From assembly GCA_022448245.1 (NCBI GenBank), contig JAKVCO010000009.1, positions 11,413 to 75,412 of the forward strand: a stretch of 64,000 nt of DNA, written 5' to 3'. The translations under genes were made by a program, and so were the position numbers. Of the stretch, positions 38,157 to 47,593 are shown in pieces. Numbering within the stretch: position 1 is the first letter of the stretch; every line of letters begins with the position of its first letter. Under the pieces are notes generated by a model, which saw only the letters and a program-made list of their open reading frames with translations, was not told the origin of the DNA and made no database searches. Origin of the DNA: Paracoccaceae bacterium (GTDB taxonomy: Bacteria; Pseudomonadota; Alphaproteobacteria; Rhodobacterales; Rhodobacteraceae).

Positions 38157-40766
38157 GAGCGACTTCAGCTCGTAAATCAGATCAAGGGCCTCTTTGGCCG
38201 TAAGCTCGTCCGGATGTATCTGGGCGAGCTTTTCTTCGACATCTGACGTTTCCAGCGCGGCAACAGGCGCTGGGGCAGGGCTCGCTGCAAAAAGCGGAAG
38301 GTCGTCGATCAGCGCAGTACGCGTTCCGCCACCTTCACGTTCACCTTTCTCAAGCGCTTCAAGCACAACCCGCGCGCGGTCGATCACGCGCGTCGGCAAA
38401 CCTGCAAGTTTTGCCACCTGCACCCCGTAGCTGCGATCCGCCGCCCCTTGGCGCACTTCATGAAGGAAAATCACCTCTCCCTCATGTTCCTTCACCGCAA
38501 CCGTCGCGTTGTCCACGTGATCGAGTTTGGCGGATAGGGCCGTCATTTCGTGATAATGGGTGGCGAAAAGGGCGCGGCAGCCATTCACGTCGTGCAGATG
38601 CTCAAGCGACGCCCAAGCGATGGACAGCCCGTCATAGGTGCTCGTCCCGCGCCCGATTTCATCGAGGATCACCAGCGCGCGGTCGTCAGCTTGGTTCAGG
38701 ATCGCAGCGGTCTCCACCATCTCAACCATGAAGGTCGACCGGCCTCGTGCCAGATCATCGGAGGCACCGACACGGCTGAAAACTTGGCTCACAAGGCCAA
38801 GCTTCGCACGGCGCGCTGGAACGAACCCACCCATCTGCGCGAGAACGGCGATCAGCGCGTTCTGGCGCAGGAACGTTGATTTACCGGCCATGTTCGGCCC
38901 GGTGATGAGCCACATTCGCGTTTCACCGAGGTGACAATCATTGGCGACGAACGGTTCGCCAGAAGCATCGAGCGCAGCCTCAACCACCGGGTGACGCCCG
39001 CCCTCGATCTCGAACTCCCTTCCTTCAGTCAGTTCCGGACGGCTCCATCCGGACCGGGCTGCAAGATCGGCCTGAGATGCTGCCACATCAATCGCGGCCA
39101 TGGCGTCAGACAGCGCACCCAGTGCCTCCGCTTGTGCAAGGATTTTGTTTCTAAGCTCGCCAAAAACGCCCAATTCGATTGCGGTGGCATCCGCACCGGC
39201 GCTCAGGATTTTCGTCTCAAGCTTTGACAGTTCCACCGTCGTGAAGCGCACAGCATTCGCGGTGGTCTGGCGGTGAATGAACGTCTCCGACAGCGGTGCG
39301 CCCAGCATCTTTTCTGCGTGCGTGGCGGTCGTTTCAATGAAGTAGCCCAGGACGTTGTTGTGCTTGATCTTTAGCGTCGTGACGCCCGCAAGCTCCGCAT
39401 AGGTCGCCTGCATGCTCGCGACTACGCCGCGCCCTTCATCGCGAAGTTTGCGCAGCTCATCGAGTTCTTCCGAATACCCCGTTGCGACGAACCCGCCGTC
39501 CCGTGCAAGGAGAGGCGGTTCCGCGACAAGCGCATCGTCCAAAAGGGTGGCCAGATCGCCCAAAGCCGTCAGTGCGGGCGCGTAATCAGCCAAAGCGCCC
39601 TGCAGTAGGCCTGCGACGCGCTCCGCAGCTGCAATTGCCCGTCCGATCATGCCCAAATCACGCGGTCCGCCACGCTCGAGCGCCAAACGCGACAACGCAC
39701 GATCGAGATCCGGATAATCGCGCAGGGCGGTCCGCAGATCCTTGCGCAGCATCCCGTGGTCAAAGAGCGTCCCCGTCTCGTCCTGCCGCTGGCGGATTAC
39801 GTCGAGGTCGCGCGACGGCGCTGACAAGCGACGCTCGAGCAGGCGCGCGCCGCAGGCTGTGACCGAACGGTCAATCACGGAAAGCAACGTCCCAGATTTC
39901 TCACCCGACAGGGATCGCGTCAGCTCCAAGTTCCGGCGGGTGGCGGCGTCTATCTCCACCGTCCCGCGCTGAAGCTCCCGCACGGGCGGGCGCAGCAGGG
40001 GCAGTTTCCCCTTCTGCGTCAGCTCCAAGTAATTCAGCAGCGCCCCAAGCGCCCCGGTCTCTGCACGGGTAAAGGGCGCAAAGACATCGAGCGACGCCAC
40101 ACCAAAGATCCGCTTACCCAATTGAGCCGCCTGATCGCTGTCAAAAGCCCCACGCACCATTTCGGTCGCTGCGGCGCCGATTTCGCTCACAACAGGCTCT
40201 AACTCACCGTAAGTGGTTTCACTCAGCAGCACTTCCGCCGGCGCTAGACGGGCGAGTTCTGGCCCCAGTTTCACGCGCGGGCAGGGGGAAACGCGCAGCT
40301 CCCCTGTGGAGACATCCGCCCATGCCAACGCACCTTCATCACGCACCAAGGCGTAGGCGCAGAGGAAGTTATTGCGCCGCGCCTCAAGCAGCGTGTCCTC
40401 GGTCAGCGTGCCGGGTGTCACCAACCGGACCACGCCCCGCTTCACGACCGCTTTGTACCCCCGCTTCTTGGCTTCTTCCGGGCTCTCCAACTGTTCACCC
40501 ACCGCCACGCGGAAACCTTTGCGGATCAGCGTCAGCAAATACCCTTCGGCCGCATGCACCGGCACGCCGCACATGGCGATGTCTTCGCCCAGGTGCTTCC
40601 CGCGTTTCGTCAGCGCGATATCGAGCGCTGCCGCCGCCGCGACCGCATCATCGAAAAAGAGCTCATAGAAATCGCCCATCCGGTAAAAAAGCAGAGCATC
40701 GGGGTACTCCGCCTTAATCTCCAGATATTGCGCCATCATTGGCGTCACTGCGGCTTTGCTGCTCAT
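38139..40766 (-). CDS. mutS: DNA mismatch repair protein MutS
   Basis: TPMMAQYLEIK and FYRMGDFYELFF N-terminal motifs, and Walker A motif GPNMAGKSTFLRQ. The start is set at Met 40766. The track ORF extends 24 codons further upstream. Confidence 0.95.
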   Translation of the reverse strand: MSSKAAVTPMMAQYLEIKAEYPDALLFYRMGDFYELFFDDAVAAAAALDIALTKRGKHLGEDIAMCGVPVHAAEGYLLTLIRKGFRVAVGEQLESPEEAKKRGYKAVVKRGVVRLVTPGTLTEDTLLEARRNNFLCAYALVRDEGALAWADVSTGELRVSPCPRVKLGPELARLAPAEVLLSETTYGELEPVVSEIGAAATEMVRGAFDSDQAAQLGKRIFGVASLDVFAPFTRAETGALGALLNYLELTQKGKLPLLRPPVRELQRGTVEIDAATRRNLELTRSLSGEKSGTLLSVIDRSVTACGARLLERRLSAPSRDLDVIRQRQDETGTLFDHGMLRKDLRTALRDYPDLDRALSRLALERGGPRDLGMIGRAIAAAERVAGLLQGALADYAPALTALGDLATLLDDALVAEPPLLARDGGFVATGYSEELDELRKLRDEGRGVVASMQATYAELAGVTTLKIKHNNVLGYFIETTATHAEKMLGAPLSETFIHRQTTANAVRFTTVELSKLETKILSAGADATAIELGVFGELRNKILAQAEALGALSDAMAAIDVAASQADLAARSGWSRPELTEGREFEIEGGRHPVVEAALDASGEPFVANDCHLGETRMWLITGPNMAGKSTFLRQNALIAVLAQMGGFVPARRAKLGLVSQVFSRVGASDDLARGRSTFMVEMVETAAILNQADDRALVILDEIGRGTSTYDGLSIAWASLEHLHDVNGCRALFATHYHEMTALSAKLDHVDNATVAVKEHEGEVIFLHEVRQGAADRSYGVQVAKLAGLPTRVIDRARVVLEALEKGEREGGGTRTALIDDLPLFAASPAPAPVAALETSDVEEKLAQIHPDELTAKEALDLIYELKSLLGRGH

Positions 40767-40879
40767 CTCGCGCCCCCCGTGGTGCACAGTATCGTCGCTA
40801 ACATCGGGCTGCCAGAGCAGCTTTTGTTGAAGCGCCATGAAACGCCCGATATTGGTTCGCGACCATCAGGGAGGACGGC

Positions 40880-43135
40880 ATGGCCAAAACTAAGGTCACA
40901 GAGGAAGACGCACTGGCGTTTCACATGGAGCCCACGCCGGGCAAATTCGAGATCCAGGCGACGGTTCCCATGGCCACGCAGCGCGATCTGTCGCTGGCGT
41001 ATAGCCCGGGCGTCGCGCATCCCTGTCTTGCCATCGCGGACAATCCGGAGACGGCGTATGATTACACCAACAAGGGCAACCTCGTTGCGGTGATCTCCAA
41101 CGGCACGGCGGTTCTGGGTCTCGGCAACCTCGGCGCGCTGGGCTCGAAGCCGGTGATGGAAGGGAAGTCTGTCCTCTTCAAACGCTTCGCGGATGTGAAC
41201 TCCATCGATTTGGAGCTCGATACCGAGGACGTGGATGCCTTCGTGAACGCGGTCAAACTGATGGGACCGTCGTTCGGGGGCATCAACCTTGAGGACATCA
41301 AGGCGCCGGAGTGTTTCATCATCGAGCAAACGCTCAAGGAAGAGATGGATATTCCCGTCTTCCACGATGACCAGCATGGTACGGCCGTTATCTGTGCGGC
41401 GGGTCTCCTGAACGCGCTGCATCTCAGCGGCAAGAAGATCGAGGACGTGAAGATCGTACTCAACGGCGCGGGCGCAGCGGGCATCGCCTGTATCGAGCTT
41501 CTGAAGTCCATGGGCGCCAAGCATGAAAACTGCATCTGCTGTGACACAAAAGGTGTGATCTATCAGGGCCGCACCGAAGGCATGAACCAGTGGAAGTCGG
41601 CCCACGCGGTAAAAACCGATCTGCGGTCGCTCAAGGACGCGATGGTAGGGGCGGACGTCTTCCTTGGCGTGTCCGTCAAAGGCGCGGTGACGGATGCGAT
41701 GGTCGAAAGCATGGCGTCCGATCCGGTGATCTTTGCCATGGCAAACCCCGATCCGGAGATCACGCCGGAAGAGGCACAGGCCATTCGCCCCGACGCTATC
41801 GTCGCCACCGGGCGCAGCGACTATCCGAACCAGGTCAATAACGTGCTTGGCTTCCCGTACCTCTTCCGCGGTGCCCTCGACATTCACGCCCGGGCCATCA
41901 ATGACGAGATGAAGATTGCTTGCGCCCGCGCTTTGGCTGCGCTCGCCCGCGAAGATGTGCCGGATGAGGTGGGCATGGCTTACGGGCGGGAGCTCTCTTT
42001 CGGGCGCGATTACATCATCCCCACGCCGTTTGATCCGCGTCTCATCCACCGTGTTCCGCCTGCAGTGGCGAAGGCGGGGATGGATACCGGAGTGGCGCGA
42101 CGCCCGTTGGTGGACATGGAAGCCTATGAGCTGAAGCTCAAAACACGCATGGATCCGACCGCCTCGATCCTCTCGGGCATCAACGACCGCGCGCGGGCCG
42201 CGCAAGCGCGCATGATCTTTGCCGAGGGTGACGATCCCCGCGTGCTCCGCGCCGCTGTTCAGTACCAGCGCCAAGGCCTCGGCCAGGCGGTGGTGATCGG
42301 GCGCGATTTCGAGGTGAAGTCTGATCTTGAGGCGCTGGGCCTCGGCGATGCGATCGGCGAGATCGAAGTGATGAACGCGGCCAAGACCGAGCATCTCGAT
42401 CGCTATAAGGAGTTCCTTTACAGCCGCCTTCAGCGCAAGGGCTTCGACAGCCAGGACATCCATCGCCTCGCTGCACGCGACCGGCACGTATTTGCCGCGC
42501 TCATGGCAGCGCATGGACATGGCGACGGTGTGGTGACCGGCGCGACCCGCAAAAGCGCGCATATCCTTGAGCTCATCAACCACGTCTTCGATGCGGAACC
42601 GCACAACGGCGCCGTAGGCGTGACGGCGCTGATCAATCGGGGCCGGATCGTGCTGATCTCCGACACGTTGGTGAATGAATGGCCGGATGAAGAAGACCTT
42701 GCCGATATCGCAGAACGCGGGGCTGGCGTGGCCCGCGCGCTGGGCCTTGAGCCACGCGTGGCATTCGTCAGCTTCTCCACCTTCGGTTATCCCGTCTCTG
42801 AACGCGCCGAGAAAATGAACCGCGCGCCCGAAGTGCTCGATCAGCGCAATGTGGACTTCGAATACGAAGGCGAAATGACGGTAGATGTGGCGCTGAATGA
42901 ACAAGCGCAGGCGCAGTATCCGTTCTCGCGTCTGACCGGGCCGGCAAACGTGCTGGTGGTGCCGGCGCGCCACTCCGCCTCGATCTCCGTCAAGCTGATG
43001 CAGGAGATGGCCGGCGCCACGGTGATCGGGCCGATCCTTACCGGTATCGACAAGCCCATCCAGCTTTGTTCGACGGTGTCGACGGCCAATGATATCCTGA
43101 CCATGGCGGTCATTGCCGCCTGCAACATCAGGTGA
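40880..43135 (+). CDS. maeB: NADP-dependent malic enzyme with a C-terminal phosphotransacetylase-like domain
   Basis: 751 aa. Malic-enzyme core (SNGTAVLGLGNLG, FHDDQHGTA, NGAGAAG) plus a PTA-like C-terminal half. The ATG is preceded by GGGAGGA. Confidence 0.9.
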   Translation: MAKTKVTEEDALAFHMEPTPGKFEIQATVPMATQRDLSLAYSPGVAHPCLAIADNPETAYDYTNKGNLVAVISNGTAVLGLGNLGALGSKPVMEGKSVLFKRFADVNSIDLELDTEDVDAFVNAVKLMGPSFGGINLEDIKAPECFIIEQTLKEEMDIPVFHDDQHGTAVICAAGLLNALHLSGKKIEDVKIVLNGAGAAGIACIELLKSMGAKHENCICCDTKGVIYQGRTEGMNQWKSAHAVKTDLRSLKDAMVGADVFLGVSVKGAVTDAMVESMASDPVIFAMANPDPEITPEEAQAIRPDAIVATGRSDYPNQVNNVLGFPYLFRGALDIHARAINDEMKIACARALAALAREDVPDEVGMAYGRELSFGRDYIIPTPFDPRLIHRVPPAVAKAGMDTGVARRPLVDMEAYELKLKTRMDPTASILSGINDRARAAQARMIFAEGDDPRVLRAAVQYQRQGLGQAVVIGRDFEVKSDLEALGLGDAIGEIEVMNAAKTEHLDRYKEFLYSRLQRKGFDSQDIHRLAARDRHVFAALMAAHGHGDGVVTGATRKSAHILELINHVFDAEPHNGAVGVTALINRGRIVLISDTLVNEWPDEEDLADIAERGAGVARALGLEPRVAFVSFSTFGYPVSERAEKMNRAPEVLDQRNVDFEYEGEMTVDVALNEQAQAQYPFSRLTGPANVLVVPARHSASISVKLMQEMAGATVIGPILTGIDKPIQLCSTVSTANDILTMAVIAACNIR

Positions 43136-44006
43136 CCTCGTGACGATCTACTGCGTCGGCTCCATCAATGCGGATCACTTCTACGACGTGCCGCATATCC
43201 CCGCCCCGGGGGAAACTCTTGCCGGGGCGAACTTTCGCATCGGTCTGGGCGGGAAAGGGGCCAACCAGTCGGTGGCTGCAGCTAAGGCAGGCGCCGAGGT
43301 TGTCCATATCGGCGCCGTCGGGGCTGACGGCGCCTGGGCAGTGGAACGGCTGAGCGCCCTCGGCGTGGGCACGGATCACATCCTCACCGTGGAGGAACCC
43401 ACCGCGCACGCGATCATCAATGTCGCAGCCGATGGGGAGAATGCGATCGTCATCTACTCTGGTGCGAACCTGTGCCAGTCCGAAGATGAAATCGCAGCGG
43501 CTTTGAAATCAGCCAAACCTGGCGACCGACTGATCCTGCAAAACGAGGCCTCGCTTCAGGTGGAGGCCGCGCAAATGGCAAAAGCGGCGGGGTTGGAGGT
43601 GATCTATTCCGCCGCACCGTTCTCGACTGAGGCGGTGGAGGCAATTTTGCCCCACACGGATATCCTCGTCGTCAACGATGTGGAGGCTGCTCAGCTTTCG
43701 GAGTCGCTGAACGTCGATGTGGCGGATCTACCGGTGAAGGGCATGCTCGTGACACGTGGCGCCGATGGCGCGGATTTCATCGCGCCGGGGGATGTGACCC
43801 ATGTGGACGCGCATCAGGTAACGCCGGTCGATACCACGGGCGCGGGCGACACGTTCCTTGGATACTTCGTGGCGGGACTCGATCAGGGGATGTCGGTGGC
43901 CGATGCCATGGGCCTCGCTTCGGCAGCGGGGGCCCTGAAAGTAACACGGCCCGGAACAGCTGATGCCATTCCGAGCCGCAAAGACGTGGAAGCGTTTAGA
44001 GCTTAG
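43113..44006 (+). CDS. rbsK: Ribokinase (PfkB family)
   Basis: VGSINADH N-terminal motif, GGKGANQ, and the C-terminal DTTGAGDTF anion-hole motif. The start is uncertain (ATG 43113 overlaps maeB; GTG 43140 is an alternative). Confidence 0.8.
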   Translation: MPPATSGDLVTIYCVGSINADHFYDVPHIPAPGETLAGANFRIGLGGKGANQSVAAAKAGAEVVHIGAVGADGAWAVERLSALGVGTDHILTVEEPTAHAIINVAADGENAIVIYSGANLCQSEDEIAAALKSAKPGDRLILQNEASLQVEAAQMAKAAGLEVIYSAAPFSTEAVEAILPHTDILVVNDVEAAQLSESLNVDVADLPVKGMLVTRGADGADFIAPGDVTHVDAHQVTPVDTTGAGDTFLGYFVAGLDQGMSVADAMGLASAAGALKVTRPGTADAIPSRKDVEAFRA

Positions 44007-44668
44007 CTCGCGAAAGGCGCAGCAGAGCCCCAGAGTTCGCGGACCCGAGCATCCCGACCGCAAGCTGCACGGTAGCGCTTGTAAGCTTCAGCTTTGGAGC
44101 GCGGCCCAAAGCGCGTCAGGATGATGTCGCGGCCTTTGTAGTAGTCCTGGTGATAGGCATCCGCAGCGTAGAACGGGCCTGCTTTCAGGATCGGCGTCAC
44201 AATTGTTCGGCCAAGCGCGGCTTGAGCGTCTGCTTTGGCAGCCTCGGCCACGCGCTTCTCGGCGTTGTTGGAGTAGAAGATCGCGGTGCGGTAGCTCTCA
44301 CCACGGTCACAAAACTGGCCGCCTGCGTCTGTCGGATCGACCGAGCGGAAGAAAGCTTCGAGCAGCGTGTCAAGCGACACAACATCCGCGTCATAGCGGA
44401 TTTTGACCGCCTCATAGTGGCCGGTGCCACCTGCAGTCACCTGCTTGTAGGTCGGGTTGGCAACACTGCCGCCCATGAACCCGCTTTGCGCACCGATCAC
44501 GCCTTTGACGCTCTCAAAGTCGCTTTCCACGCACCAGAAACAGCCGCCTGCCACTGTGACCGTCTGGACGTCACGGGCATGGGCCTGCGTTGTGCACTGG
44601 ATCAAGATCGCCACCGCCATCGCAAGGGCGGTGAGGAACGGGCGGGGTTTGTGGATCGAGTTCAGCAT
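44003..44668 (-). CDS. msrA: Peptide-methionine (S)-S-oxide reductase MsrA, with an N-terminal signal peptide
   Basis: [11 protein letters not shown] active-site motif, preceded by a hydrophobic leader. Confidence 0.9.
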   Translation of the reverse strand: MLNSIHKPRPFLTALAMAVAILIQCTTQAHARDVQTVTVAGGCFWCVESDFESVKGVIGAQSGFMGGSVANPTYKQVTAGGTGHYEAVKIRYDADVVSLDTLLEAFFRSVDPTDAGGQFCDRGESYRTAIFYSNNAEKRVAEAAKADAQAALGRTIVTPILKAGPFYAADAYHQDYYKGRDIILTRFGPRSKAEAYKRYRAACGRDARVRELWGSAAPFAS

Positions 44669-44792
44669 GGGTGCCTCCTATCGTTGAGCATGGTTTGACA
44701 GGAGCGGGCTAAAACTTGAATTCACGCAAGCGGGAGGTCACGCCCTAGTTACTGCTTGAAAAGAACCTGCGCTTCGGGATTGGCTGCGACTT

Positions 44793-45689
44793 ATGGAAAA
44801 ACAAACGACCCACCAGGCGGAAGAAGACGCCCGCAACGAGGCCATCCAGATCTATGTGGATGGTGAGATTGTCCCCAAGGATCAGGCGAAAATCTCAGTA
44901 TTTGATAGTGGTTTCATGCTGGGCGACGGCGTGTGGGAGGGGCTGAGGCTCTACGACGGGCGCTGGGCTTTCGTGGATGAACACATCGATCGGCTCTTTG
45001 AAGCGGCGCTGGCGATTGATCTAAAATTGCCACTGGATCGGGACGGAATGTTTCAAGCCCTTGAAGCAACCCGGACAGCAAACGGTATGGAATCTGATGC
45101 TCACGCCCGCCTAATGGTCACGCGTGGTGTGAAGGTGCGACCGTTTCAGCACCCGTCGCTCAGCCGGTCCGGGCCCACCATGGTCATCATCATGGAGCAT
45201 TCGCGACCCAAGATCCCGCGCCCGATTCGTCTGGCAACAGTGCCGCACCAGCGCGGGCTGCCCATGACGCAGGATCCCAAGCTGAACTCTCATTCCAAGC
45301 TCAATTGCATCCTCGCCTGCATCGCGGCTGACAAAGCGGGCGCAGACGAGGCGTTGATGCTCGATGTCCATGGGTTCGTGAACACGACAAACGCCTGCAA
45401 CTTCTTCATCGTGCGGAAGGGGGAGGTTTGGACCTCCACCGGGGACTACTGCATGAACGGTATCACGCGCCAGAAGGTGATCGACCTGTGCCGCGCGAAT
45501 GACATCCCTGTCTTTGAGCGCAACTTCTCCCTCGTCGACACCTACGGCGCGGATGAGGCATTCCTCACCGGAACCTTCGGCGCGCAAACTCCGGTCAGCG
45601 AGATCGACGGTCGCACCATCGGTACGGGCGAACTCGGCCCCGTCACCGCCCGACTGCGGGATCTTTATAAGGAGCTCGTTGCGCAATGA
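44793..45689 (+). CDS. Class IV (BCAT / D-amino-acid) PLP-dependent aminotransferase
   Basis: 298 aa with fold-type IV segments (VFDSGFMLGDGVWEGLR, KLNSHSKLNCILA, ADEAFLTGT). Confidence 0.85.
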   Translation: MEKQTTHQAEEDARNEAIQIYVDGEIVPKDQAKISVFDSGFMLGDGVWEGLRLYDGRWAFVDEHIDRLFEAALAIDLKLPLDRDGMFQALEATRTANGMESDAHARLMVTRGVKVRPFQHPSLSRSGPTMVIIMEHSRPKIPRPIRLATVPHQRGLPMTQDPKLNSHSKLNCILACIAADKAGADEALMLDVHGFVNTTNACNFFIVRKGEVWTSTGDYCMNGITRQKVIDLCRANDIPVFERNFSLVDTYGADEAFLTGTFGAQTPVSEIDGRTIGTGELGPVTARLRDLYKELVAQ

Positions 45690-46384
45690 GGATCGCCATG
45701 TGGTCTGGGCCGCGCAATCTGTCGACGGCGATGATGTATTCCTTCGGTAACCGCGCCGATATGACTGCGCTGGACGAACCGTTCTACGGCGCTTTCCTTG
45801 CTGAGAGCGGGATCGAACATCCTATGGGCGCCGAGACAATGGCCGTGATGGAGATGGATCCTTCTCGCGTGCCCGGCCAACTGAGTACGTTCAACACACC
45901 GCACCAATATGAAAAGCACATGGCGCATCACATGCTGCCCGACTTTCCGCTGGAATGGATGGAGGAGGTGCGGAACGTCTTCCTCCTCCGCCACCCTGCG
46001 CGCGTCTTGGCGAGCTACTTGCGTAAGCGCGAGGCACCCACGGCGGACGACCTCGGATTCACGCAGCTCGATACGCTCTTTCAGCGGGCGAAAGACCCCA
46101 TCGTGATCGACAGCGCCGACATCCGCCGCGATCCACGTGGTAGCCTTTCAGCCCTTTGCGCGGCGCTGGGCCTCCCGTTTGACAAAGCGATGCTGTCCTG
46201 GCCTGCCGGTCCCAAGCCTTTCGACGGCGCCTGGGCGCCCCATTGGTACGACGCCGTGCATCGCTCAACCGCCTTCGAGGCCGCCGAGGGCCTGCTTCCC
46301 CCGGTTGATCCCGCTTACGGCGCCATTATCGACGAGGCGCTGGGCCAGTACGAACGCATGTCGGTCCATGCTCTTAAACCTTGA
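45686..46384 (+). CDS. Uncharacterised sulfotransferase-like / P-loop-fold protein
   Basis: 232 aa. ATGA overlap with the aminotransferase stop. N-terminus MWSGPRNLSTAMMYSF. The family assignment is from memory and is not verified. Confidence 0.6.
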   Translation: MRIAMWSGPRNLSTAMMYSFGNRADMTALDEPFYGAFLAESGIEHPMGAETMAVMEMDPSRVPGQLSTFNTPHQYEKHMAHHMLPDFPLEWMEEVRNVFLLRHPARVLASYLRKREAPTADDLGFTQLDTLFQRAKDPIVIDSADIRRDPRGSLSALCAALGLPFDKAMLSWPAGPKPFDGAWAPHWYDAVHRSTAFEAAEGLLPPVDPAYGAIIDEALGQYERMSVHALKP

Positions 46385-46613
46385 TCAACCCGCCTCCGTA
46401 AAAGGCGTGCTGGCTGAATTCCCCGCCAGGCGCCGCAAGCGCGTGCTTGTCTGTCTTGGCCTTTGTGCTGCCGCGCTTGTTGCAGGTTTTTCAATTTCGT
46501 CCACGGCTGTCGGGTTATCCATCATGGTCGCCATGGTGATCTTTCTGGGAGGCGACACTGACGCGCGGCGTGGGGCGGAGCAAAACAGTGGTGTTTCGCG
46601 GCCAGCTCATTGA
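46368..46613 (+). CDS. Hypothetical small membrane protein (81 aa)
   Basis: The ATG at 46368 begins a basic stretch (RRRKR) followed by about 40 hydrophobic residues. There is no recognisable family. It overlaps the next ORF by 44 nt in another frame. Confidence 0.3.
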   Translation: MLLNLDQPASVKGVLAEFPARRRKRVLVCLGLCAAALVAGFSISSTAVGLSIMVAMVIFLGGDTDARRGAEQNSGVSRPAH

Positions 46614-47049
46614 CGTGACTGTGGATGCTACCTGCTACCTGCTCTTGCGTCCTCGAAGAGGGGTGATTGAAGAAGCATGGTTCGCCCAGAAAGACCCCAT
46701 CCGACCCGCTGATGCGGACCGATATGGGATCAGGGTTGGGTTCGAGACCTTTGACGTCTGGAAGCAAGAGGGCGCTTGGAATCATACCGCGCTGGAAGCC
46801 TATTTGACCGAGCTACTCGGGGTTTTGCCGCCCTACATGCATTTCGCAGGCCTACTGCATGCAGAGGGCCGCGTGTTGATTGCGCTCGGCACAAACCAAG
46901 AATTGTTCAGGTTCGGCAGGCTGATGACCTTGAAGCTCAACGCACAGCTTGAGATCGACCGGGCGTTCAATGACCTCGCTATCGCGCCCGCGGTGGCCGC
47001 GCATTGGATCGGCGCAGCAAATCTGCCGCGTGAGGCACTCAAAGGCTGA
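46570..47049 (+). CDS. Hypothetical protein (159 aa)
   Basis: GTG-initiated ORF with a balanced, globular-looking composition but visibly weaker GC3 bias than its neighbours. No motif recognised. Confidence 0.45.
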   Translation: MGRSKTVVFRGQLIDVTVDATCYLLLRPRRGVIEEAWFAQKDPIRPADADRYGIRVGFETFDVWKQEGAWNHTALEAYLTELLGVLPPYMHFAGLLHAEGRVLIALGTNQELFRFGRLMTLKLNAQLEIDRAFNDLAIAPAVAAHWIGAANLPREALKG

Positions 47050-47125
47050 AGTCCCGAGCATTCCGGGGGAAAGTCCTGCGCTTTTGCCCCGCGAAACGCA
47101 TGAGGCGTCTGCCCATGTCCACCCC

Positions 47126-47593
47126 ATGCAACGACGTGATTTCTTGAGGTCCGGCACCGCTGCTGTGTGCGTTTAAGCTGTCCCCGTGGTGCCCGTTGCT
47201 GCCTCCACTTCGACAGCGGTTGTCCGGCCAGGTTTGTTTGCCTGGGCCGTGGCAGCCGCTCGCGCACGGGACATCGTGACGGAGGGGGTACTGGCCGACA
47301 GCCTGAAAGTGCCAATGGGAGTGGCATGTGTTTTGATGGCTCGGCTGGCAGCGCAGGGTGCCGTCTACGGGGCGGTAAATGGGTCCGCCCACGTTGTGGC
47401 ACCTGTGTTTCGCGCTTCAAGGTGGACGGGCAGCGGTGTGAGTTTGGCCCAAGCCAAAGCTGCCCGTTCATCTGCACAAATCAAGGATGTACGGAAGAGG
47501 GTCGCCGGTCGCGACCCTCTCAAAGAGATCACTTCTTCAGGCGACGATCCCGCGCGGCCAGAAGCTTCAGACGAAGTGCGTTCAGCTGAATGA
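47126..47593 (+). pseudogene. Possible disrupted ORF: a Tat-signal-like start (MQRRDFLRSGTAAVCV), an in-frame TAA, then a 135-codon open frame
   Basis: The ATG at 47126 and the ORF at 47186-47593 are in the same frame, separated only by the TAA at 47174-47176. No RBS is seen. The 3' part runs through the argG terminator hairpin and 65 nt of argG antisense. Confidence 0.2.
47496..47520 (-). terminator. Hairpin downstream of argG (probable terminator with a weak U-tract)
   Basis: AGAGGGTCGC (47496-47505) and GCGACCCTCT (47511-47520) form a perfect 10-bp stem with a 5-nt loop, 8 nt past the argG stop on the minus strand. Confidence 0.5.

Noticed and set aside
40763-42973. 736-codon ORF on the minus strand
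   Set aside because: It lies entirely antisense to maeB, whose product has clear malic-enzyme motifs. Its translation is Arg/His/Ala-rich with no recognisable domain. This is a typical shadow ORF of a high-GC3 gene.
46833-47477. 214-codon minus-strand ORF in the unexplained 46.4-47.5 kb region
   Set aside because: Its translation is dominated by Arg, Pro and Gln runs, and it has no start context or motif. It overlaps more plausible plus-strand frames.
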